Assembly: GCF_048595345.1 (NCBI RefSeq)
Contig: NZ_JBMDWH010000173.1
Span: 32,221 to 96,220 of the forward strand
Direction: 5' to 3'
DNA: 64,000 bases
From: Bosea sp. (in: a-proteobacteria)
GTDB lineage: Bacteria > Pseudomonadota > Alphaproteobacteria > Rhizobiales > Beijerinckiaceae
Position numbers and translations under genes: made by a program. Numbering within the stretch: the stretch's first letter is position 1; every line of letters begins with the position of its first letter. Under the pieces are notes generated by a model. It searched no databases. It saw nothing but the letters and a program-made list of their open reading frames with translations, and was not told the DNA's origin. Below are positions 27,297 through 35,538 of this stretch, one piece after another.

Positions 27297-28946
27297 TCAG
27301 GCCGCGGCGAAGGCCTTGCCGACGATCTGCTTCGCCTCGTCCTGAATCCGAGCGAGATGCGCCTCGTCACGGAAGCTCTCCGCATAGATCTTGTAGACCT
27401 CCTCGGTGCCCGAAGGGCGGGCCGCGAACCAGCCCTCTTCCGTGACCACCTTCAGCCCGCCGATGGCGGCGTCATTGCCGGGTGCGTTGCTCAGGATCGC
27501 GGTGATCGGCTGGCCGGCCAGTTCCCGCGTCTCGATCTGGGCTGGCGTGAGATTCTTCAGCACCGCCTTCTGCGCCGCCGTCGCAGGCGCATCGACGCGG
27601 GCGTAGCAGGGCTTGCCCAGTTCGGCCGTCAGCCCGTCATAGAGCACGCCGGGGTCAGAACCGGTCTTCGCCGTGATTTCCGCCGCGAGCAGGCCGAGGA
27701 TCAGCCCGTCCTTGTCCGTGGTCCAGACGCTGCCATCCTTGCGCAGGAAGGACGCACCGGCGCTTTCTTCGCCCGCAAAGCCGAAATCGCCGGAAATCAG
27801 CCCGTCCACGAACCATTTGAACCCGACCGGCACCTCGACCAGCCTGCGGCCGAGCTTGGTTGCCACCCGGTCGATGATCGCGCTCGACACCACCGTCTTG
27901 CCGATCGCGGCATCCGCGCGCCAGCCGGGCCGGTTGGCGAAGAGAAAGGCGCTGGCGGCAGCGAGATAATGGTTCGGGTTCATCAGCCCGCTCGAACGGG
28001 TGACGATGCCATGGCGGTCGGCATCGGTGTCGTTGGCGAAGGCGACATCGAACCGGTTCCGCATGCCGATCAGGCTCGCCATCGCATAGGGCGAGGAGCA
28101 GTCCATGCGGATCTTGCCGTCCCAGTCCGCCGTCATGAAGCCGAAGGTCGGGTCGACCTGCTTGTCCACGATGGTCGCGTTCAGCCGATAGCGGTCGATG
28201 ATCGGCTGGTAATATTCGAGGCCCGCCCCGCCGAGCGGATCGATGCCGATCTTCACGCCCGCCCCGGAGATCGCCTCCATGTCGAGGATGGTGGCGAGAT
28301 CGGCGACATAGCCGGTGATGTAGTCGTGCCGCCGCACATGCTCGCTCGCGAGCGCCTTCTCGTAAGGGATGCGGCTGATCCCGGCGAGCTTGTCGAGCAG
28401 GAAGGCATTGGCCTTCTTCTCGATCCAGCCGGTGGCGTCGGTATCCGCAGGCCCGCCATGGGGAGGGTTGTATTTCAGCCCGCCATCGGCCGGCGGATTA
28501 TGCGAGGGCGAGATGACGACGCCGTCGGCGCGGCCGGAGGAGCGGCCACGATTATGCGTCAGGATCGCATGGGAGATCACCGGCGTCGGGGTGAAGCCGA
28601 GATTCTCGTCGATGATCGTGGTGACGCCATTGGCGGCGAAGACCTCGAGCACCGTCTCGAAGGCGTTGCGCGAGAGGGCGTGTGTATCGATGCCGAGGAA
28701 GAGCGGGCCGTCGGTGCCCTGCTCGCGGCGATAGAGGCAGACCGCCTGGGCGATCGCGAGGATATGCGCCTCGTTGAAGGATCTGGCGAAGGAGGAGCCG
28801 CGATGCCCGGAGGTGCCGAAGGCCACCTGCTGGGAGCGCTGGGACGGATCCGGTTGGTCGAAATAGGCGTTCTGCAGCGCCGCGACATCGACGAGCTGAG
28901 AGGGGGCCAGCCGCTGTCCGGCATGGGGGCTCACGGTGTCGGTCAT
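27297..28946 (-). CDS. pgm: phosphoglucomutase (alpha-D-glucose phosphate-specific)
   Basis: 549 aa with FGTSGHRG, the active-site region TPSHNPPADGG, and DTDADRHGIV. Confidence 0.95.
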   Translation of the reverse strand: MTDTVSPHAGQRLAPSQLVDVAALQNAYFDQPDPSQRSQQVAFGTSGHRGSSFARSFNEAHILAIAQAVCLYRREQGTDGPLFLGIDTHALSRNAFETVLEVFAANGVTTIIDENLGFTPTPVISHAILTHNRGRSSGRADGVVISPSHNPPADGGLKYNPPHGGPADTDATGWIEKKANAFLLDKLAGISRIPYEKALASEHVRRHDYITGYVADLATILDMEAISGAGVKIGIDPLGGAGLEYYQPIIDRYRLNATIVDKQVDPTFGFMTADWDGKIRMDCSSPYAMASLIGMRNRFDVAFANDTDADRHGIVTRSSGLMNPNHYLAAASAFLFANRPGWRADAAIGKTVVSSAIIDRVATKLGRRLVEVPVGFKWFVDGLISGDFGFAGEESAGASFLRKDGSVWTTDKDGLILGLLAAEITAKTGSDPGVLYDGLTAELGKPCYARVDAPATAAQKAVLKNLTPAQIETRELAGQPITAILSNAPGNDAAIGGLKVVTEEGWFAARPSGTEEVYKIYAESFRDEAHLARIQDEAKQIVGKAFAAA

Positions 28947-29065
28947 GAAGCGTCTCGCGTTGCAGGCCAGCCTGTGTCGCCGCTGTTATAGACGGCAGGC
29001 AGGCAAAGTCGCGAGCAAAATAGGCCCTATCGCGGCAAGGGCGCGCTCCGGCAGCGCCAGCCCCT

Positions 29066-29152
29066 TCAGTCTTCGATCAAGGGCGCGCGCTCAGCCAGTT
29101 CCAGGAAGATGGCCGCGCAGCCCAACCAGATAATACCGAGCGAGATGAACAC
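29066..29152 (-). CDS. candidate 28-aa hydrophobic micro-protein (copy 2)
   Basis: GTG start with GGGGG 9 nt upstream. (V)FISLGIIWLGCAAIFLELAERAPLIED sits on the same strand as pgm and 120 nt upstream of it. Confidence 0.35.
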   Translation of the reverse strand: MFISLGIIWLGCAAIFLELAERAPLIED

Positions 29153-29633
29153 GAGAGAGGCCCCCGAAAGACTGGGCTCTCGATAGCGCGCGCACCTTTT
29201 CAGCTTGGTCGAAGCGATCGCTAGGATTTTACCGATATGCGCTTTTTCGCCGGCGCCGATGATCTTCCTCAGCCCATATCGGGCGACGAAGGTTGGCAAA
29301 GGGGGGCCGAACGCGCTAGTCCATTGTGCAGTGCAAACGTGACGATCGGCGCTGGGCGTCCACGAGCGTCGTGACATCATCGCATCGGCGCGCGAGGCTG
29401 CAGATGCATCGGAGGCGCCATGACGTTCATGACGGCTGGATCGGGTTTTAGCGGGATGGGCGCTCAGTCTTGGTCTTTTGATTTTCCCCCTCCCCGCAAC
29501 CTTGGTCGCGCGCCGATGCGCCGGCGGGGCGCCCTTGTTCTTTCTGCCTCTCAGCCGCATTCGGAACGCGGCGGCACGAAAACTGCCCCGACCGAAGAGG
29601 GCTTCGACAACCGCACCGGAGAATCGTGATCTC

Positions 29634-31052
29634 ATGACGTCCCGTCTCATCACCCCCCTGATCATGGCCGGTGGCGCCGGCACGAGGCTGTGGCCGCTGT
29701 CGCGCGATTCCATGCCAAAGCAGTTCATCCCGTTGCTGGACGATGGCCTGTCGACCTTCCAGGCGACGCTGACCCGCGTGCAGGGAGAGGGCTTCGACAA
29801 GCCCATCATCGTCACCAACAATGAGTTTCGCTTCGTCGTCGCCGAGCAGATGCGCGCGGTCGGCGTCTCCGGAGACATCGTGCTGGAGCCGGAGCGGCGC
29901 GATTCCGCGCCCGCCATCGCCATCGGGGCGTTGCTGGTCGCGCGCCGCGACGAGAAGGGCCTTTGTCTGGCGCTCGCCGCCGACCACGTCATCCCCGATG
30001 TCGAGGCTTTCCGCCGCGATTGCCGCAGCGCCGCAGCGCTCGCCGCATCAGGGCCGATCATGACCTTCGGCATCGTCCCAACGGAGCCGGCGACCGGATA
30101 CGGCTATATCGAGCCCGGCGCGCCGCTGAAGGCCGAAGGCGCCAACGCGGTAGCGCGCTTCGTCGAGAAGCCGAGCGCCGACATCGCTAAAACCTATGTC
30201 GAGCAGGGCTTTCTCTGGAACAGCGGCAATTTCATTTTCGCGGCTGACCGCATGTTGGCGGAGCTCGAGACCTTCGTGCCCGAGATGCTGGCGGCAGCCG
30301 GTCGCGCGCTGGCCGGCGCGGTGGAGGATCTCGACTTCCTGCGCCTCGACGCCAAGGCTTTCGCCGAGGCGACGAAGGTCTCCATCGACTATGCGGTGAT
30401 GGAAAAAACCAAATATGCCGGCGTTCTGCGCGCCAGCTTCGGCTGGTCGGATGTCGGAAGCTGGGATTCGCTCCAGGCGATCCGTCCGCAGGATGGGAAC
30501 GGGAACGTGCTGGAAGGGCCGGTCGTCGCGATCGGCACCAAAGGATCGCTGATCCGCAGCGACGAGGTCCTAACCACTGTGATCGGCCTCGAGGATGCCG
30601 TCGTCGTCGCCACACGCGACGCCGTGCTCGTCACCACGAAGGCGCGTGCCGCTGAAGTGAAAGGTCTGGTCGAGCAGCTGAAGAAGGAAGGGCGGCGCGA
30701 GGCCACCGAGCATCTGCGGATGTACCGCCCCTGGGGCTGGTACCAGCGCATCGATCTGGGCGGGCGCTTCCAGGTGAAGCGGATCAACGTCAAGCCCGGT
30801 GGTCTGCTCAGCCTTCAGAAGCATTTCCACCGTGCCGAGCACTGGGTGGTCGTCTCCGGCACCGCCGAGGTCACGCTCGACGGGACGGTGTCCTATATCC
30901 ACGAAAACGAGTCGATCTATCTGCCGATCGGCTGCACCCATCGCCTCGCCAATCCGGGCAAGATTCCGCTGGAACTGATCGAGGTGCAGGTCGGCTCTTA
31001 TACGGGCGAGGATGATATCGTCCGGATCGAGGACATCTATGCCCGCAGCTGA
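29634..31052 (+). CDS. manC: mannose-1-phosphate guanylyltransferase / mannose-6-phosphate isomerase (type II PMI-GMP)
   Basis: Start at MTSRLITPLIMAGGAGTRLWPLSR. The C-terminal cupin has HFHRAEHWVVVSGTAEV and ENESIYLPIGCTHRLANPG. Confidence 0.9.
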   Translation: MTSRLITPLIMAGGAGTRLWPLSRDSMPKQFIPLLDDGLSTFQATLTRVQGEGFDKPIIVTNNEFRFVVAEQMRAVGVSGDIVLEPERRDSAPAIAIGALLVARRDEKGLCLALAADHVIPDVEAFRRDCRSAAALAASGPIMTFGIVPTEPATGYGYIEPGAPLKAEGANAVARFVEKPSADIAKTYVEQGFLWNSGNFIFAADRMLAELETFVPEMLAAAGRALAGAVEDLDFLRLDAKAFAEATKVSIDYAVMEKTKYAGVLRASFGWSDVGSWDSLQAIRPQDGNGNVLEGPVVAIGTKGSLIRSDEVLTTVIGLEDAVVVATRDAVLVTTKARAAEVKGLVEQLKKEGRREATEHLRMYRPWGWYQRIDLGGRFQVKRINVKPGGLLSLQKHFHRAEHWVVVSGTAEVTLDGTVSYIHENESIYLPIGCTHRLANPGKIPLELIEVQVGSYTGEDDIVRIEDIYARS

Positions 31053-31151
31053 CGGCGTGACGCCGATGCCTGGGATCGACCTCGCCGCCTGGTGAGAACG
31101 CTGCGGCTGGGCCGGCCGGCGGTTGCCGCCGCCCCGGTGCAGCTGCTTCGA

Positions 31152-31793
31152 TCAGCGCGCCGTCGCAAAGCCTGCCGCAACCGCTTGCAGGCGCTGCTGC
31201 CGCTGGCGGCCACGCTCGCCCGCAGCGAGCCAGAAACGCGGATCCTCTTCCGACTGCATCGAGATCCAGTCGAAGGACGTCTTGTCCCAGCGCCGGATCG
31301 CGTCGGTCAGATTGTCGAGCACCAGATCCTCCTCGGCCGTGCGCACGACGACGACGAGATGGCCCTGCCCTTCCGGCGTCGCCACCGCAGCCAGCAGGAC
31401 ATGGCTCGAAGGCCAGCCCGCCGCGATCAGCCGGTGGCGCTTGGTGACCGCATAATCGTTGCAGTCGCCCGCCTCCGGCGCGATCGTCCAGCTCGTCAGA
31501 AGAGGCTGCGTCGGCTTGCGCATCGGAGTGATGGAGCGGTTGACCTCGCGGTTGATCTCCACCATCCGCGCGAGCATCTCGTCCGTCGGTTCCTGCGATC
31601 CGGTGGCGGGCTGGCATTCCGGCGCCTGCTGCATGCAGAACTTGACGAAGGGTAGTGGCGCCAGGGTGTAGCCGTAGGATGCCACCCGGGACGGTTCGTT
31701 GCCGACCGGCAAGGGCTCGACCACGGAGGCCGCCCGCGAGGCGCCGGCCGTCAAGAGCAGGGCAAAGGCAGCACCGAGAACTGCGCGTTTCAT
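31152..31793 (-). CDS. bacterial transglutaminase-like cysteine peptidase (BTLCP, COG3672, LapG-like)
   Basis: Signal peptide ending SRAAS. Catalytic Cys motif GDCNDYAVTKRHRL, followed by GHLVVVV and VLDN (Cys-His-Asp). Confidence 0.8.
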   Translation of the reverse strand: MKRAVLGAAFALLLTAGASRAASVVEPLPVGNEPSRVASYGYTLAPLPFVKFCMQQAPECQPATGSQEPTDEMLARMVEINREVNRSITPMRKPTQPLLTSWTIAPEAGDCNDYAVTKRHRLIAAGWPSSHVLLAAVATPEGQGHLVVVVRTAEEDLVLDNLTDAIRRWDKTSFDWISMQSEEDPRFWLAAGERGRQRQQRLQAVAAGFATAR

Positions 31794-31956
31794 GGTCGTC
31801 CCGATCCGTTGTCGAACCGGTTATGCCAAGGCAGCGCTGAGAGCCGCGTTCAGAAAGCCGCTAAAATTGCAGCGAACCGGGGCGCATCTGCCGCCGAGAC
31901 AGCGCTGCCTCCGATATTGGTTATCAACTCACATCCGCGCTGGGGTGGGGGCTCGC

Positions 31957-32556
31957 TCAATTGCTGGGGCTGACGGAAAGCAGCGACACGCTCGATTGGC
32001 GGCTGACGCCGCCGACGACACCGAAAAACGAGTTCGGTGTGGCGTTCGATGGAATACCGGTCGCGTCAGCCGTCACCCCGCGGGCCCGCGCGCCGCCAGC
32101 GGTGGTTTCTCCGGTCGCCGGAAGTTCGGGGATCGCCTCGGTCGCGACATCGCCGACGATGCTCGTATAGGCATTGACGACCTCGGGCTTGTTGGTGGCC
32201 AGCACCGTTTCCTGAATGCGCAGCGCCGTATTCGGCTGCGAGAGCGCGCACATCGCCGCCGCGGTGCCGAGCCCTGCCCCGATCGCGCGCAACTGGTCCG
32301 CAGATGCATCATTTGCGAGCGCCGGCACACCACTCAATGTCTCAGGCCGCGTGATGGCGAAGTCCCGGATCGCAGCGGCCAGGCTGCCGCCGATATTCGA
32401 TGCCTGCCCCAGAAGGGCCGCTGGCTGGTTGAGGAACGCGGCAGCCCGTTCCGCCGTCATGTCCGGCAGAGTGCCGCAGGCGCCGTTACCGACCTGCGCC
32501 CTCGCGGTGGACGCGAAAACGACGAGAAAGGCCGCGCTGCAGAGAAGTTGTTTCAT
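31957..32556 (-). CDS. secreted hypothetical protein, two-Cys family (paralogue of 59558..60118)
   Basis: Signal peptide MKQLLCSAAFLVVFASTARA. The conserved core runs from C...F.Q.P to RAIGAGLGTAAAMC. The C-terminus is Ser/Thr/Gly/Ala-rich. Confidence 0.55.
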   Translation of the reverse strand: MKQLLCSAAFLVVFASTARAQVGNGACGTLPDMTAERAAAFLNQPAALLGQASNIGGSLAAAIRDFAITRPETLSGVPALANDASADQLRAIGAGLGTAAAMCALSQPNTALRIQETVLATNKPEVVNAYTSIVGDVATEAIPELPATGETTAGGARARGVTADATGIPSNATPNSFFGVVGGVSRQSSVSLLSVSPSN

Positions 32557-33952
32557 CTCGAGCGCCACCCTCACCGAAAATCTGTCGGGTCGGCACCGAT
32601 TGCGCGAGCCCACATCCGACGATGGAGGCAAACACAATGGCATAACCGGGAATCTGCAACGAAAAATCGACGCAGGAATGCCCGAACCCCAACAGGACGC
32701 AACCAAATGTCGCTACCGGGAAGAACCGATCACGACGCCGCTCAAAACAACCTTTTAATAATACGTATACTATGAATAGACAAGTCGCGACGATCAACAT
32801 GGTTACCGGCAGGCCGGCCTCGGCTGCGATTTCGAGCGGTGTACTATGCGCCCGGTCCCAAAGGCCGCTGCTCCCGAGCTCGGCCGAGCGGAAGCGCGGA
32901 AAGACTGCTCCGAAGGCTCCGATCCCCACACCGGTCCAGGGATGCCTTGCGATCATCGCCAGAATATCGGCGTAGGCCGCGGCTCGATGCTCGTCATAAA
33001 GCCCGTACACATGGACGCGCGCCACCGCGGCGGCCCCCAGCGTGAGCAGCAGCGCACCGATGCCCGGCAACAGCAGCGCGAGCCGGCCCATCGTGAGGCT
33101 CTTCAAATGCCCCATTCCGCTCAGGCTGATAGCGACCACCGGCATGAGCGCCAGCAGCGTCAGGATCACGCCGGCGCGTGAGCCGGTCATTGCCAGAGCC
33201 AGAAGGCATGGAACGAGGCCGATCCAGGGCAGAATGCGAAAAAGACCGCTGCCCTCCCCGTTGACCGAAGAGCGGCCGGCGCGTTTCGCCGCATGATCCA
33301 GGCCCATCGCGAGGCAGATGACGGCACAGCTGCCCCAATAGGTCGCGGCCGTGTTCCGGTTGACGAACGTCCCGGTCACGGCGTCCAGATAGGCTGTCTT
33401 CGCCCGCCAGAGCAGCAGCTCCGGCGTCAGCACATGAGCGGCGATGCCATAGACCGCATAGATTGCTCCCGACACGGCGATGGCCGCGAACAACTGAAGG
33501 GCACCCCTGCGCTCGCTGCTCAGCGCGAGCGCCCTGGCGAAAGCGAGGAGCCCGGCGAGCGGCGCGCCCACGATCGCGAACGACACCGAAGCCGACCATG
33601 CCGCCTGACCCGTCAGCGGGATGCCGAGCAACGCTTCGGCCTCCGCCCAAATGGGCGCGGCCGGAACAAGCCCTGCCGCCGCGGGCAGATGCTGCAACGC
33701 AGCCATTCCGACATAGGCGGCGAAGGCGGCCAGAACCACCCAGAAGCCTTTCAGATGCGTTGCGGTCACGTGGCGCAGATCCGCAGTCAGCAGGCTGAGC
33801 GCCAACCCGGCCAGGGCCAGGGCAAGCGGAACCGGAGCTGTCGCTCCGAAGGGCAGCGGCGCCAAGGCGATGACCGCGAGAAACAGAATGCGGGAGCCGC
33901 GATGCAGCCAACGCCGCACGGCGCGGTGAAAAGCCCTGTCCTTCCGCATCAT
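32486..33952 (-). CDS. O-antigen ligase/polymerase family (Wzy_C) membrane protein
   Basis: 488 aa with more than 10 TM segments and a Wzy_C-like loop (LALAMTGSRAGVILTLLAL ... WDRAHSTPLEIAAEAG). Confidence 0.75.
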   Translation of the reverse strand: MMRKDRAFHRAVRRWLHRGSRILFLAVIALAPLPFGATAPVPLALALAGLALSLLTADLRHVTATHLKGFWVVLAAFAAYVGMAALQHLPAAAGLVPAAPIWAEAEALLGIPLTGQAAWSASVSFAIVGAPLAGLLAFARALALSSERRGALQLFAAIAVSGAIYAVYGIAAHVLTPELLLWRAKTAYLDAVTGTFVNRNTAATYWGSCAVICLAMGLDHAAKRAGRSSVNGEGSGLFRILPWIGLVPCLLALAMTGSRAGVILTLLALMPVVAISLSGMGHLKSLTMGRLALLLPGIGALLLTLGAAAVARVHVYGLYDEHRAAAYADILAMIARHPWTGVGIGAFGAVFPRFRSAELGSSGLWDRAHSTPLEIAAEAGLPVTMLIVATCLFIVYVLLKGCFERRRDRFFPVATFGCVLLGFGHSCVDFSLQIPGYAIVFASIVGCGLAQSVPTRQIFGEGGARDETTSLQRGLSRRFRVHREGAGR

Positions 33953-34167
33953 GCCCTGCCTCGAGCGAGCGACCGGAGAGAGGGGTCTACGGCCGGCCCG
34001 GCGTCATGATGCAAGGGCCGAGCCGTGGATTAGTCGACGCCAAAGCCCGAGGCAAGGCAAGGCCGGGGGGCGGCTCCCGGCTATTTCGCAGATGCGGTAG
34101 AATTGCCGCGCCGAGTTGGTGTATCCTCGGCCCGGCAGGCTCCTTGAGGTCGGCCGCAATCTGAAAG

Positions 34168-35538
34168 ATGGACGAGAACGTGGCGCAGTCGGCAGCCAGC
34201 GCATTCAAGCGGCAGATTGGCGGGATGCCTGCACGGCCGCAAGCGGAGCGCCCGCTGTCCAGGGCCCTGTGGAGCATCGAAGCCGTCGCGCTTGCGCTCT
34301 ACTTCATCCGCGACGCTTTCGCCGGCGCCATGCGCTATTATCTGAACGTCATGCGGCTGGATCCGCTGTGGTTCATTCCGGACCTGCTGGCGATCGTGAC
34401 GATGGGCGTTTTCGTCTATCGCTACTGCCTTCGCGGAAGGAGCATTCTGGCAACGATGCTGGTCTTCTACACCGGCATCGCGCTGATCCTCGGCTATGTC
34501 TTCCTTGGAACCTTTGCGGGAATGTCTTCGGCTTTCAAGATGTTCGCGCCGATCTTCGTGGGCTTCTGCTTCTGCCAGCGTAACATCGATGACACACCCT
34601 GGCTGATGCCCCTGATCCGTGTCCTTTTTTTCAGTTCGATCTTCGGCGTCGTGGCATCGAAATTCATCAAATTTCCCTGGGTTGGCTTCTCCTACGAGTC
34701 GTTCGGCGCGACCCGCGAGGCGGGCCGGCTCTGGTGGTCGCAATCGGAGGTTCGCCTGTCAGGTTTCGCGGCCGACAGCACGATGGCGAGCTTCTTCATT
34801 CTGATCACGTTCGTTTTCTGCTCCGCGAGAGCCAAACTCTGGTGGATCTTCGTCTGGGGAGCGGTCGCCATCGCCACGGTGCGGCTCACCACGAACAAGA
34901 CCGCCCTCGGCGTTCTGTGCATTTACATGCTGGCGCTGCTCTTCGTCAGGTTCCTCCCCGAAATCCAGCGCTTTCGCGCTCTGCGCATGCTGGCGCTGGG
35001 CTCCTTCGGCTGCATTCTGATCCCAATTGCACTGATCGTGGTGTTTTCCGGAACCGACGTCACGATGGCGTCGTCCTGGTTCAGCCTGATGGACCGCGTC
35101 AACAACAGCTGGCAAAAGCCGTTCATCTATATGGAAAAAATCATGCCTATCGGCTTCATCACAGGATGTGGCCTCGGGTGCTTCAATTATCCTCAGCAGC
35201 TATTCTCTCCTGAGACCAGGCAGTATTTTATGCCTGTTGATAATTTCTATATCGGAACCTATTTGATGTTCGGTCCGATTTTCGTCGTATTCATGATATT
35301 CGTCATTAAATCACTGCGCGAAACGATCAATATCGATAAGCTCACGATCTGCTTCGTGATGAATATCTATACGGTGACCGTTCTCGCATACGGGCCGGCC
35401 AGCGGGTTGCTGATGCTGGGCTTCGCGTTCAGCGAGGTTTTCGCTCCGCCCAAGGGGCGTTATTTCACGGCCGGAACGACAATGCGCCTGCCCACCCGCT
35501 CGACCGCTGGGCCGATGTCCCTGAGGCCGGCCGAGTGA
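34168..35538 (+). CDS. polysaccharide polymerase-like multi-pass membrane protein (second Wzy-like)
   Basis: 456 aa with about 11 TM segments and AT-rich codon patches typical of wzy genes. No strong motif, so this is a family-level guess only. Confidence 0.55.
   Translation: MDENVAQSAASAFKRQIGGMPARPQAERPLSRALWSIEAVALALYFIRDAFAGAMRYYLNVMRLDPLWFIPDLLAIVTMGVFVYRYCLRGRSILATMLVFYTGIALILGYVFLGTFAGMSSAFKMFAPIFVGFCFCQRNIDDTPWLMPLIRVLFFSSIFGVVASKFIKFPWVGFSYESFGATREAGRLWWSQSEVRLSGFAADSTMASFFILITFVFCSARAKLWWIFVWGAVAIATVRLTTNKTALGVLCIYMLALLFVRFLPEIQRFRALRMLALGSFGCILIPIALIVVFSGTDVTMASSWFSLMDRVNNSWQKPFIYMEKIMPIGFITGCGLGCFNYPQQLFSPETRQYFMPVDNFYIGTYLMFGPIFVVFMIFVIKSLRETINIDKLTICFVMNIYTVTVLAYGPASGLLMLGFAFSEVFAPPKGRYFTAGTTMRLPTRSTAGPMSLRPAE

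Noticed and set aside
29066-30073. 335-aa minus-strand ORF spanning the manC start region.
   Set aside because: Most of it is antisense to manC and Arg/Ser/Ala-rich. Only its last 28 codons, the hydrophobic micro-ORF, show evidence of selection through paralogy with 27108..27218.
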